NCBI GenBank assembly: GCA_002839505.1
Contig: PGYE01000001.1
Location: 459,995-523,994 of the forward strand
Direction of reading: 5' to 3'
DNA: 64,000 nt
From: Candidatus Peregrinibacteria bacterium HGW-Peregrinibacteria-1
Lineage (GTDB): Bacteria > Patescibacteriota > Gracilibacteria > UBA1369 > LOWO2-01-FULL-3
Part shown: positions 1-9,564 of the stretch, in pieces
How positions within the stretch are numbered: position 1 is the stretch's first letter
Layout: each line of letters opens with the position of its first letter
Program-made: the position numbers and the translations under genes
The notes under the pieces: generated by a model
What the model was told of the DNA's origin: nothing
What the model saw: only the letters and a program-made list of their open reading frames with translations
The model's database searches: none

Positions 1-1561
1 AGGAAACCAAGCTGCTAAAGACGCAGTCAAGGGATACATCACCGAAGCAATGCTCGACTCTATCAAGGGAACAAGCAAAAAAGCAGTAGGATACACCATA
101 AAAACTATTGAAGACAGCCTCTTCGAAGCTCACAGCACTGAAATAGCAGATGGTCTCTACGGTAAATCCGAGTTGGCATCCGAGCTCAACACACTCATTG
201 AAAAGAACATGCGCAAAAAAATTCTTGAAAAAGAAGAGCGTATTGATGGCCGCCGTATCGATGAAATTCGACCAATCAGTGTTTATACAGATATATTACC
301 CCGTGTTCATGGATCAGCCATATTTCAACGCGGTGAGACCATGTCACTAACAATTACCACACTGGGAAGTCCTGGAGACGCCCAAATTGTAGATACCATG
401 GAAGCTGATGCTAGTAAGCGTTATTTCCACCACTACCAATTCCCTCCATACGCAACCGGAGACATCAAAATGTTAAGAGGACCTAGTCGCCGTGAAATCG
501 GACATGGAGACCTTGCCGAAAGAGCACTATTACCTGTCCTTCCATCCGAATCAGAATTCCCATACACCATCTGGGTCGTATCAGAAATCGTAAAATGTAA
601 CGGATCAAGCTCAATGGCCTCAGTATGTGGCTCAACACTCTCACTAATGGCTGCCGGTGTACCAATCAAAAAACCTGTTACCGGAATTGCCATGGGACTA
701 GTAATGGATTCCGAAACCGGTACCTACCGAATACTTTCAGACATTCAAGGGCTTGAAGATTTTGCCGGAGACATGGACTTCAAAGTTACCGGAACCGACG
801 ATGGAATTACCGCACTGCAAATGGATATCAAGGTCAAAGGACTCTCTTTGGATCTTCTCCGTGAAGCACTTACCCAAGCCAAACAAGGACGAGACTTTAT
901 CATGGGCAAGATGCTAGAAGTCATATCTGAACCCCGCAAAGAGCTTTCCAAACACGCTCCACTTATTATGAGTTACCAAATTAATCCGGATGATATCCGA
1001 ACAATTATTGGTAAGGGAGGTGAAACCATCCAAAAAATCACAGCAGAATGTAATGTTCAAATGGACATCGATGACGACGGTAACATTAGTATTACCGCTC
1101 CATCACAGGAAGAAGGACAATGTGCCATCAAATGGATCAAGAGCCTGACCACAAAACCTGAGGTCGGAACCGTATACGATGCCAAAGTTGTAAAACTCAT
1201 GGAATTTGGAGCATTCGTCGAATTCCTACCTGGAAAACAAGGACTTTGCCACATTTCACAACTAGGTAATGAGCGCGTTAACAAGGTAACTGATGTTGTG
1301 AACATGGGAGACACATTAAAAGTTAAATTGGTTGAAATCGACCGTGAAGGCCGCTACAACCTGTCCCATAAAGCAGCAATGGCTGAACAAGGCGGTCATT
1401 CCAAAGCTCCTGCTACCAAATCCGACTCTCCAGCAGTATCTGAGCACGACAAGGAAGCTACCGACCCCAATTCCGACATCACCAGAAATGTCTACGGACA
1501 CCAAGGAAAGGGCGAAATCGTTGAAGGTACCAACTCTGTCCGCAAAGTCAACGGAGCCTAA
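1..1561 (+). CDS. pnp: polynucleotide phosphorylase (PNPase), 5'-truncated at the window edge; second RNase PH domain, KH and S1 domains, plus a ~60-aa low-complexity C-terminal tail
   Basis: Frame 2 is open from nt 2. The translation carries PNPase/RNase PH motifs (FHHYQFPPYATGD, PSRREIGHGDLAERAL, CNGSSSMASVCG, DFKVTGTDDGITALQMDIK), a KH motif (IIGKGGETIQKI) and an S1 motif (GTVYDAKVVKLMEFGAFVEF). Confidence 0.95.
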   Translation, partial: GNQAAKDAVKGYITEAMLDSIKGTSKKAVGYTIKTIEDSLFEAHSTEIADGLYGKSELASELNTLIEKNMRKKILEKEERIDGRRIDEIRPISVYTDILPRVHGSAIFQRGETMSLTITTLGSPGDAQIVDTMEADASKRYFHHYQFPPYATGDIKMLRGPSRREIGHGDLAERALLPVLPSESEFPYTIWVVSEIVKCNGSSSMASVCGSTLSLMAAGVPIKKPVTGIAMGLVMDSETGTYRILSDIQGLEDFAGDMDFKVTGTDDGITALQMDIKVKGLSLDLLREALTQAKQGRDFIMGKMLEVISEPRKELSKHAPLIMSYQINPDDIRTIIGKGGETIQKITAECNVQMDIDDDGNISITAPSQEEGQCAIKWIKSLTTKPEVGTVYDAKVVKLMEFGAFVEFLPGKQGLCHISQLGNERVNKVTDVVNMGDTLKVKLVEIDREGRYNLSHKAAMAEQGGHSKAPATKSDSPAVSEHDKEATDPNSDITRNVYGHQGKGEIVEGTNSVRKVNGA

Positions 1562-1596
1562 AGCTTCTTGATCACAACGACAATTCAATCACAACG

Positions 1597-1628
1597 AAAA
1601 GCCCGCCGGCATCCGCCGGCGGGCTTTT
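1597..1628. terminator. bidirectional rho-independent terminator between convergent genes
   Basis: Perfect 10-bp GC-rich stem: gcccgccggc (1601-1610) pairs with gccggcgggc (1615-1624), loop atcc. It is flanked by AAAA on the 5' side and TTTT on the 3' side. Confidence 0.85.
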
Positions 1629-1649
1629 GAAAACTTCATTCCACAATTA

Positions 1650-2213
1650 TTATTTTGAAGCTGTCACAGTGTATTCAGCAGTACAAACTTCTAAATAGCT
1701 ACCATCTTCTTGCTCTACATCACATGAAACGGTTGCGCTATCACTTCCAGAGGTTGTTTTAGCTTGGCATCTTGCCATTCCTTCAGTCAGTTCAACATCT
1801 CCAAATCCGATGTTTCCCATGAAATCCAAAGACGCCAAAGTCTCTTTGTAAGTTCCATCTCCGTTAACCACAACGCTATATCCTAGCTCTTCATCTTGTA
1901 CATATCCGATTTCAGCTGCAAGGCCTTGATCTACACAAGTACCAGCACCCTCTTTCAACCAAAACTCTTTGTATCCATTTGGATTAGTTGATGAGTAGTA
2001 TTTTGAATCCATCACACCTTTATTCAAGGTTGAGAAAGCAACTTCAGGTTTTTCAGTCCACTCCTCGGTAGTTGTTTCCTCTTCAGATACCACCTCGGTA
2101 GTATCAGTAGTATCCACAACATCCGTTTCTGCGGGTTCCTGTCCTGCGCAGGCAGAGAACATAACAGCACCAAGCATTAGCACTGCTATAAAGTTTAATG
2201 AGCCCTTATTCAT
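1650..2213 (-). CDS. predicted lipoprotein, function unknown
   Basis: N-terminal signal peptide with a lipobox-like MLGAVMFSAC, followed by an acidic T/E-rich linker. Confidence 0.6.
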   Translation of the reverse strand: MNKGSLNFIAVLMLGAVMFSACAGQEPAETDVVDTTDTTEVVSEEETTTEEWTEKPEVAFSTLNKGVMDSKYYSSTNPNGYKEFWLKEGAGTCVDQGLAAEIGYVQDEELGYSVVVNGDGTYKETLASLDFMGNIGFGDVELTEGMARCQAKTTSGSDSATVSCDVEQEDGSYLEVCTAEYTVTASK

Positions 2214-2317
2214 AATTTATAAGGTTAATAATAAAACGATTTCTACTATAATCACGGCGCAATACTAGTCAATGAGGAGCTGTTTACAACTCAAAAAATA
2301 GATGTCTAATCTGGAAG

Positions 2318-3124
2318 CTACCTTCTTCGCACTATAATCGCCAAAACCCACATTATCCCCAACACTACTATTATTGCTGGCCCCGTTGGCACATTCAAAA
2401 CCACACTTCCAAATAGACCAATCAAAGTCGCCACCCCTCCCAAAAACAGGCTATATATAAATGTTTGCTTCAAATTTTTAGCGACCAGTTTTGCCGTATT
2501 CGACGGAATAGTCATGAAAGACGCCACCAAAAGCACTCCGATGATTTTAATCCCCAAAGCAATCACCACAGTAATCATTAAAACCAAAATCCCATTCCAA
2601 AGCTTCTTGTTTTTAACCAGTGAATGACTCAACAGATCGCTCAAAGAAATTCGCAGGAACCTCTTATGCCAAACCGACAAAACCACCACAATCAATACAA
2701 ACATTATCAAGCTCACAACCACATCACCTCGACTGATCGCCAGCACATCACCAAACAAAAACTGCTCGATATTTATCTGATACCCCGAGAAAAAACTAAT
2801 CACAATTACCGCCAGCGCCATTGATATCTGAGCGATAATTTCCAACAAAGAGTCATTATTAAAAAGATTTTTTTTCTGCAAAAAACTGATAAAAATCGCC
2901 GCCAAAATGCAGGCCACCAACAATGCTGGAGTCGTCGGCACGCTCACTAGAACGGCAAAAGCAATCCCCAAAAATCCCACATTCGATAAACTATGAGTAA
3001 AGAGCACCTCCCTCCTCATTACGACATAATTACCAATCCAAGCCAAAAGCATGCCGATTCCCACGCCCACAACCAGCGCTCTGACAAAAAAAGGATACTG
3101 TAAATACTCAAGCAGTATGTTCAT
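2318..3124 (-). CDS. znuB: metal (zinc/manganese-type) ABC transporter permease
   Basis: 268-aa polytopic membrane protein of the ZnuB/TroCD type. It overlaps the upstream ATPase gene by 17 nt and sits in an operon with ZnuA/ZnuC-like genes. Confidence 0.8.
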   Translation of the reverse strand: MNILLEYLQYPFFVRALVVGVGIGMLLAWIGNYVVMRREVLFTHSLSNVGFLGIAFAVLVSVPTTPALLVACILAAIFISFLQKKNLFNNDSLLEIIAQISMALAVIVISFFSGYQINIEQFLFGDVLAISRGDVVVSLIMFVLIVVVLSVWHKRFLRISLSDLLSHSLVKNKKLWNGILVLMITVVIALGIKIIGVLLVASFMTIPSNTAKLVAKNLKQTFIYSLFLGGVATLIGLFGSVVLNVPTGPAIIVVLGIMWVLAIIVRRR

Positions 3125-3800
3125 GTTCGTGAATATATGGGATTAAATGATCTCCGAAAACATCTTTAAAGGCGGCATTACTCTTGATATGCGTTGGCTT
3201 ACCTACATGACACCCACCGTGAGCCAAACACATTACCTTATTCGTATTTTGCATTACCATGTGAATATTATGCGAAACAACAATCATCGAAATACCATAC
3301 TTCAAATGAATATCCGTTATCAGCCGATAAAAAGTTTGTTCTCCAATAATATCAATTCCTGAAGTCGGCTCATCCAATAACAAAAGCTCCGCTTTACGGG
3401 AAAGCGCTATCGCCATTATCACCCGCTGGTATTCACCTCCACTCAAACTCCCAATGCGCTCATCGATCTTCTCAAGCACCCCCATCTCTTTCAGATAATT
3501 CTCAAAACCCTTCTGTCCATATAGCGTCGCAAACTCTCTAACGCTCATCGGAAATGACCCGTCCAGATCCTTTGATTGGGGCACATAAAAAACATTATCA
3601 GTAAATCTTTTCACCACACCATTATTCGGCACCACAAGCCCGATCATAGCTTTCAGCAATGTCGATTTACCGGCGCCATTTGGACCAATCAAGCTTATCA
3701 ACTCGCCCTCTCGAACTTCCAAAGAAATATTCTCCAAAATATTCGCCCCCTTTTTAAATGCTACCGTCACATCCTTCATTTCAACTAAAACCCGACTCAT
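3108..3800 (-). CDS. znuC: metal ABC transporter ATP-binding protein
   Basis: Walker A GPNGAGKST, ABC signature LSGGEYQR, Walker B LLLLDEP. It overlaps znuA by 4 nt. Confidence 0.9.
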   Translation of the reverse strand: MSRVLVEMKDVTVAFKKGANILENISLEVREGELISLIGPNGAGKSTLLKAMIGLVVPNNGVVKRFTDNVFYVPQSKDLDGSFPMSVREFATLYGQKGFENYLKEMGVLEKIDERIGSLSGGEYQRVIMAIALSRKAELLLLDEPTSGIDIIGEQTFYRLITDIHLKYGISMIVVSHNIHMVMQNTNKVMCLAHGGCHVGKPTHIKSNAAFKDVFGDHLIPYIHEHEHTA

Positions 3801-4792
3801 AAACTTGAATTAAAAGAAAAGGCCAACATAAAGGACTCTAAATTACTTCTCATCATTTTGAAATAGCTATCCTTGCTTAATTCCGCGCCTAACGGATCCA
3901 ATTGTAGAACCACTAAACCATAATCCTCCGTAAGAGTTTGCACCAACTTCGGTGAAAACTGCGGCTCGGTAAAAATCACGCGTACATTATTTTCCGCTAT
4001 GACATCAACAAGATTAGCCATATAGCTCGCCGAAGGTTCTTTCCCCGGAAACTCCTGTACCGCCGCTGCTGCCTCTAGCCCGTAACGGTCCTCAAAATAA
4101 TGATAGGCCTCATGAAAGACGATATAAGGCATCGCCTCCACCGCCTGCAAACCCTCCGCTATCTCCTTATCCAAAGCATCCAGATCAGCAAGTAATTTCT
4201 CCAAGTTCGCACTGTAAATACCTTCATTAGCGCCATCCAACATCACCAAAGAATCATAGATAGCTTCCGCCTGCACCTTGGCATAAATAGGGGATAGCCA
4301 GACATGTGGATCGACCCCATCATGACCATGACCATCATCTTCATCTTCGTGATCATCATCTGCACCCTCACCCTCTTCGTCTTCGTGATCATCATCCTCC
4401 TCCAACTCATAACGCTCCACCACCAAGTCGGAAGTACTGAGTACAGTGCCTTTAAGCTCCTCCATCACATCTTCCAAAAACATCTCCATCCCCAACCCAT
4501 TACTCACCACTAGATCAGCATCATTTAAATCCTTCATCGCCTGTGGCGTAAGCTGAAAAGTATGCCCACTGGCATTAATCGGCACAACATTTGTCACCTT
4601 TACATCCGTCCCCTCAACCAAGTTCAGAGTCAGTGAATAAAGCGGCGCAATAGTCGTCACCACTTGCAAACCCTCCCCCGATTTCACGGCAGAATTTTCT
4701 AACTCAAGAGCTGAATCATCAGCCACTTGAGTGCAACCTATCAACAGAAGAAGGGAAGTTGAAATATACAAAATGGACAGAAATTTTTTCAT
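3797..4792 (-). CDS. znuA: metal ABC transporter substrate-binding lipoprotein with an acidic/His-rich loop (ZnuA-like)
   Basis: Signal peptide with lipobox LLLIGC. A long D/E/H-rich insert (EEDDDHEDEEGEGADDDHEDEDDGHGHDGVDPHVW) is typical of zinc-specific cluster-9 SBPs. Confidence 0.85.
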   Translation of the reverse strand: MKKFLSILYISTSLLLLIGCTQVADDSALELENSAVKSGEGLQVVTTIAPLYSLTLNLVEGTDVKVTNVVPINASGHTFQLTPQAMKDLNDADLVVSNGLGMEMFLEDVMEELKGTVLSTSDLVVERYELEEDDDHEDEEGEGADDDHEDEDDGHGHDGVDPHVWLSPIYAKVQAEAIYDSLVMLDGANEGIYSANLEKLLADLDALDKEIAEGLQAVEAMPYIVFHEAYHYFEDRYGLEAAAAVQEFPGKEPSASYMANLVDVIAENNVRVIFTEPQFSPKLVQTLTEDYGLVVLQLDPLGAELSKDSYFKMMRSNLESFMLAFSFNSSL

Positions 4793-4817
4793 AATACAAT
4801 TTAATTAGTTAAATTTG

Positions 4818-5261
4818 TTAAATAGTAGCTGTATCACCCAGGCATTTTTCACACACTCCGGTAATCTCAACATAATGTGACTTTATTATCAATTTGGGAA
4901 AACTACTCCGTACCCTTTCAACCAAACCACATTCCTCAAGGTGCAATTCAGTCACCTGATGGCAATTATCGCACACGATTTGATGATGACAGTGAGACTT
5001 AGTTTCACACTCCATATGAGAGCAGGCCATATAACCATCTCGCGACTCATGAATTAAATTCAACTCTTTATACACCTCCAAAATCCTATATATCGTTACA
5101 ATATCGACCTTCTCTGCTGACAACTTCAGCACCTTCTCAATCTCATAAGCGCTCAAAGCCTTTTTAGTATTCCCCAAGGCCTCCGCCACCACTTTTCGAG
5201 GTCTAGTAAAGCGATACCCCCTTTCCTTTAGCTCCTTTTCAATATATTCTACGAAAGACAT
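4818..5261 (-). CDS. zur: Fur-family transcriptional regulator, probably Zur
   Basis: 147 aa with an N-terminal winged helix. Cys/His metal sites are present: HCHHQIVCDNCHQV and a C-terminal CEKC. It is the first gene of the znuACB operon. Confidence 0.8.
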   Translation of the reverse strand: MSFVEYIEKELKERGYRFTRPRKVVAEALGNTKKALSAYEIEKVLKLSAEKVDIVTIYRILEVYKELNLIHESRDGYMACSHMECETKSHCHHQIVCDNCHQVTELHLEECGLVERVRSSFPKLIIKSHYVEITGVCEKCLGDTATI

Positions 5262-5298
5262 ATTTACTCTTATGGGTTAATGCAATAAACTTGCAATA

Positions 5299-6201
5299 AT
5301 GATGTTATTAGAACTTTCACCAAAAATCAACGACTTTTTCATAATTCTTTTCAGTATCCTGATCGAGGGGATACCATTCATCTTATTTGGAGCATTTCTA
5401 TCCGCACTCGTCGAAATCTATTTTTCTGAGGAAAGAGTCCAAAAGATACTCCCTAAAAACCGCTTCATGAGATTTTCCTCAATGGTCATGATGGGAAACA
5501 TTATCCCCGTATGTGAATGCGGAAATGTACCATTCGCCCGCCGTCTCATCTCCAAAGGAATCAAACCCTATTTCGTCCTCACCTTTCTGCTCGCCGCACC
5601 AGTTTTCAACCCCATTGTCATCGCCTCGACCATCGCCGCCTTTCCCAATAACTACGAAATAGTCTTCTTCAGACTACTGTTCACCTTCATCATCGCCGTC
5701 TCATTAGGATACATCTTCATGCTGTTTTCTTCCCGCGACATGTTGATCGACAAACTAATCGAGCAGCGCCGTCAAAAAATCAAAGAAAAGAATCATAAAC
5801 GGCACAAACACGGATTTTTTTCCATCATCCACAAAGAATTCATCGAAATGACCGCCATCTTTCTTTTTGGAGCTACAATCGCCAGCATCATCCAGATAGT
5901 AGTCCCCAAGGAGCTAATATTCCAGTTTACACAAAATGAATGGATAGCGATCCTGGCCATGATTCTCTTGGCCTTTGTCGTCTCAATTTGTTCCAATGTC
6001 GACGCATTTTTTGCGCTTGCTTATAGCCAAATATTTCCCACTTCCGCCATTCTTGCCTTCTTGGTATTCGGTCCCATGATCGACATTAAAGCTATCCCGA
6101 TGTTCAAAACCATCTTCAAATGGAAACCACTACTGATAATAATCGCACTCATCGCACTTCTAACCTTCTTCCTATCATATCTTTACTTCCTCTTCACATG
6201 A
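5299..6201 (+). CDS. permease (COG0701/ArsP-like), first member of a two-gene membrane permease pair
   Basis: 300-aa polytopic membrane protein with a VCECGNVPFARRL motif. ATGA start/stop overlap with the next gene. Confidence 0.7.
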   Translation: MMLLELSPKINDFFIILFSILIEGIPFILFGAFLSALVEIYFSEERVQKILPKNRFMRFSSMVMMGNIIPVCECGNVPFARRLISKGIKPYFVLTFLLAAPVFNPIVIASTIAAFPNNYEIVFFRLLFTFIIAVSLGYIFMLFSSRDMLIDKLIEQRRQKIKEKNHKRHKHGFFSIIHKEFIEMTAIFLFGATIASIIQIVVPKELIFQFTQNEWIAILAMILLAFVVSICSNVDAFFALAYSQIFPTSAILAFLVFGPMIDIKAIPMFKTIFKWKPLLIIIALIALLTFFLSYLYFLFT

Positions 6202-6875
6202 AAATAATCATTCAAAAAATCATTGTCTTGCTCTCGATATTTGTCATGGCAAAACTCTTGTATACCAATGAGCTTAGCTTACTTATTCACCCTCGCTACT
6301 TTTGGTTAATATATTCATCAATAGCTGTACTCACCGTCACATTAATATTTAATCGCGAAACGCACAGCCACCTCAAAAACTATTTTGCTCAAGCAATGCT
6401 CTTGCTTGCTATGACCATGGGATTGATTATTGACTTGAAACCACTATCATCCGCCGGACAGCAACAAACCTCCTACGAAAACCTTTCCGATACCAACCAA
6501 ATCATCCGCAGTAAATATGCCACCTCCTTTCAACTCAATACCGCCGGTATGAGTCTCGACGAACTCGTCTCTCTGATAAGCATTGATCCCGAACCCACCA
6601 AGTACATTGATAAACCTGTGGTAGTCAGCGGATTCTACTTTGAAACCGCCGACGGATCGCCGATGATCGCCCGACATGTCATCAGTTGTTGCGCCGCTGA
6701 TGCCCGCTTAATCGGATTATGGCTCAAAGAACCACTTGACCTTCAACTCGACACCTGGATTGAAGTCCAAGGAACCCTCGACCTCATCGAAAACGATGGA
6801 TTCAGAGGTGTCGCCATCAACACCACAGAATTCGACCTAATTGATATCCCTAAAAACCCCTATGTCGTCAACTAA
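6198..6875 (+). CDS. TIGR03943/DUF1980-like membrane protein, partner of the upstream permease
   Basis: N-terminal TM helices and a C-terminal domain with the characteristic ISCCAADARLIG motif. The ATG at 6198 overlaps the upstream stop; the track ORF start at 6120 lies inside the upstream gene. Confidence 0.6.
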   Translation: MKIIIQKIIVLLSIFVMAKLLYTNELSLLIHPRYFWLIYSSIAVLTVTLIFNRETHSHLKNYFAQAMLLLAMTMGLIIDLKPLSSAGQQQTSYENLSDTNQIIRSKYATSFQLNTAGMSLDELVSLISIDPEPTKYIDKPVVVSGFYFETADGSPMIARHVISCCAADARLIGLWLKEPLDLQLDTWIEVQGTLDLIENDGFRGVAINTTEFDLIDIPKNPYVVN

Positions 6876-8235
6876 ACACCTGAAAATCAGTATTGGGATC
6901 ACAATCGCTCTCTTGGTAATCAATGTGCTTTTAATTATTATCTTCCCCTCCAAACCTCTCAAGATCAAAGATATTATCACGCCAAATTCCGCGATCGACC
7001 CACAAATAAAAATTTCCTTCTCCGAACCGGTCGAAAAATCTTCTCTCACCGACGGAGGGTTTATTATTACTCCAAATATTGCTGGCAATATCAGCTGGGC
7101 CGGCAATACCTTCGTCTTCACCCCAGAGCAAAACCTCGACTTTGACACCGAATATCGCATCCAACTCAACACCGTAATCGAATCAAAACGCAACACCCGA
7201 CTCGCGGAAAACATTAATCTCACATTCAAAACCCCACCGCTTCAACTTCTTTACCTCAACAAAAAGAACGAAATCTCATCTCAAATCTTCCAATACAACA
7301 TCGAAACTGGCATCTCCACAGCCATCACCGACGAACAGCACAACATTCACTGGTTTGATTATGACCCAACTACACGCCAAATAGTCGCACTATTAACAGA
7401 CAAAGACTCATCATCCGACATCGTAAAACCATACCTCCTCAACCTCGAAGAGCAAACCTTCGAACCACTCCCCAAGATAACAGAGCCAGATCTGCAAATA
7501 CACTATGCGAAATGGATACCATATGAAAACTCTCTCCTGATATCTCGCAGTAAAATCCAATATATCAACCCCGACGACACCATCGCCACACTGACAGGAA
7601 ATTCCGAAGACACCGAAATGATCGTTTACAATCTGACCAACAAAGAAAGCACCCAACTCCTTACTGGAAACACCCTTTTCTATGAATTTTTCCCGACTCC
7701 CGACGGCCTCGGATTCTCATTTATCAACTCCAATGGCGCCCTTGTAGCCTACAACTTCGCCACCAGCGACCAAGAAATGATCTCCGCCCAATTCATCAAC
7801 TATTTCGGTTTCAGCCACTACGGTAAATACGCCCTTTATGCTGACAAAATCGCCGATGACAACTTCCTAAATGAAGAAGACATTGCCGTCATTCAAAGCG
7901 CTGACGGTGCCAAAAAAGAGGTGCGACTTCAAGGCGTAAATCCAATTGTAATCGACCACCTTGCCACTGCACCATCCGAAGAAACATTGGCCGCTGCCTA
8001 CACCAGCTATCCTGCAGAATTCCGCATTGCCTTAGTTGATATGGAGACCGGAGAACAAACACTTATGAATGAAAGTGGCCACCGTACCAGAGCCATTGAA
8101 TTTTCGCCCAACAGTGAATATTTTGCCTACATTGAAGACCAATACGACACCCCAAAAATATTTATCTACTCCATGGAAAAGAAAGAAAACATTGTCAAAA
8201 ATGTTTCCGGCAGTATGATTCATTGGCTTTACTAA
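6862..8235 (+). CDS. membrane-anchored protein with an Ig-like N-terminal domain and a probable beta-propeller (TolB-like) C-terminal region
   Basis: A single N-terminal TM (ISIGITIALLVINVLLIIIF), then Ig-like SbsA-type sequence (KISFSEPVEKSSL..GNTFVFTPEQNLDFDTEYRIQL), then repetitive beta-rich sequence. The ATG at 6862 overlaps the upstream stop by a few codons. Confidence 0.45.
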   Translation: MSSTKHLKISIGITIALLVINVLLIIIFPSKPLKIKDIITPNSAIDPQIKISFSEPVEKSSLTDGGFIITPNIAGNISWAGNTFVFTPEQNLDFDTEYRIQLNTVIESKRNTRLAENINLTFKTPPLQLLYLNKKNEISSQIFQYNIETGISTAITDEQHNIHWFDYDPTTRQIVALLTDKDSSSDIVKPYLLNLEEQTFEPLPKITEPDLQIHYAKWIPYENSLLISRSKIQYINPDDTIATLTGNSEDTEMIVYNLTNKESTQLLTGNTLFYEFFPTPDGLGFSFINSNGALVAYNFATSDQEMISAQFINYFGFSHYGKYALYADKIADDNFLNEEDIAVIQSADGAKKEVRLQGVNPIVIDHLATAPSEETLAAAYTSYPAEFRIALVDMETGEQTLMNESGHRTRAIEFSPNSEYFAYIEDQYDTPKIFIYSMEKKENIVKNVSGSMIHWLY

Positions 8236-8250
8236 ACAACAATTCATCCA

Positions 8251-9504
8251 GTGTCCCAAATAATTGCCATTATAGGGGGAGGCGCCGCCGGCATGATGGC
8301 CGCCGCCACCATCTGCGAACAAAAGGCCGATCTTGAAAACCGCATCCTTCTCTTCGAACGAAACCTCAAGATCGGCCACAAAGTCATGATATCTGGCGGC
8401 GGCCGCTGCAATGTCACCACCGGCATCCACGACCCCAAGGAGGCCCTAAAAAGATACCCTCGCGGCGCAAAATTCCTCCGCACCGCCTTTCACGCCTTCC
8501 CACCCGACCAAGTCATGGAATGGTTTGAAAACCACCATGTCGCCCTAAAAACCGAAAAAGACCTTCGAGTCTTCCCAAAATCCGACAATGGCGAAGACAT
8601 CGTCAACGTTTTTCACGAAATATTCCGAAAGCACCATGTCGAAATTCACTACCGCACCACCATCGCCGAAGTCCATAAACAAGACGACCAATTCGTATTA
8701 ACAACCAGTGAAGGACAGACCATCCTTGCCGACAAAATCATTCTCACCACCGGGGGACAGGCCTACCGGCACACCGGATCACAAGGGGATGGCTACCGCT
8801 TCGCCGAAAGCCTTGGACACACCGTCACCGAGCTCGCACCCAGCCTAAACTCCTTCATGGTCTCCGAACAATGGCTCAAAGAACTCTCCGGCACCTCATT
8901 CCAAAAGGTCCGGCTCAAAATCATCCGCGACAAAAAATATGAATTCACCGGCCCCATTCTCTTCACCCACCAAGGCATCACCGGACCCGCCGTCTTCGCC
9001 CTCTCCGGCCTCGCCGCCTACGAACCGGTATCCAAAGACCAACCCGCCACCCTCAGCATCGACTTCCACCCCGACCAAACCTATGAACAGCTCACCAATG
9101 AACTCAACCACACCATCAAAACCGAACCCCAAAAGCAATTAATCGTCACCATCGGCAAACTCCTCACCAAATCCCTAGCCCGCACCATCTTCGAACTCCA
9201 CGACATCAACCCTGAAAAAAAACAGGGAGAAACCGCAAAAAAAGAGCTCAACAAACTCATTGAATCCCTAAAAAACACCCAAATAACCCTAATCGGCAAA
9301 GGTGCCGGTAGTGAATTCATCACCGCCGGGGGAATAAACCTCGCCGAAGTAAACCCCTCCACCATGGAATCTCGCCTCTGCCCTGGACTATATTTCGGTG
9401 GCGAAATCCTCAACATCGACGGCTTCACCGGCGGATTCAACCTTCAAGCCGCCTGGGCAACCGGAAGGCTGATCGGTAAGAGCATTGGCAACACCAAATA
9501 TTGA
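8251..9504 (+). CDS. HI0933/BaiN-family NAD(P)/FAD-dependent oxidoreductase
   Basis: GTG start. Dinucleotide-binding motif IIAIIGGGAAGMMAA, MISGGGRCNVT, and a C-terminal GGEILNIDGFTGGFNLQ, all typical of the HI0933-like flavoprotein family. Confidence 0.85.
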   Translation: MSQIIAIIGGGAAGMMAAATICEQKADLENRILLFERNLKIGHKVMISGGGRCNVTTGIHDPKEALKRYPRGAKFLRTAFHAFPPDQVMEWFENHHVALKTEKDLRVFPKSDNGEDIVNVFHEIFRKHHVEIHYRTTIAEVHKQDDQFVLTTSEGQTILADKIILTTGGQAYRHTGSQGDGYRFAESLGHTVTELAPSLNSFMVSEQWLKELSGTSFQKVRLKIIRDKKYEFTGPILFTHQGITGPAVFALSGLAAYEPVSKDQPATLSIDFHPDQTYEQLTNELNHTIKTEPQKQLIVTIGKLLTKSLARTIFELHDINPEKKQGETAKKELNKLIESLKNTQITLIGKGAGSEFITAGGINLAEVNPSTMESRLCPGLYFGGEILNIDGFTGGFNLQAAWATGRLIGKSIGNTKY

Positions 9505-9533
9505 AAAAGGCCTCTAAAATTACAGACAAACAT

Positions 9534-9564
9534 AAAAGCCACCCATTATAGAAGGGTGGCTTTT
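9534..9564. terminator. rho-independent terminator, usable in both directions
   Basis: Stem gccaccc (9538-9544) pairs with gggtggc (9554-9560), 9-nt loop. AAAA lies upstream and TTTT downstream. Confidence 0.75.
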
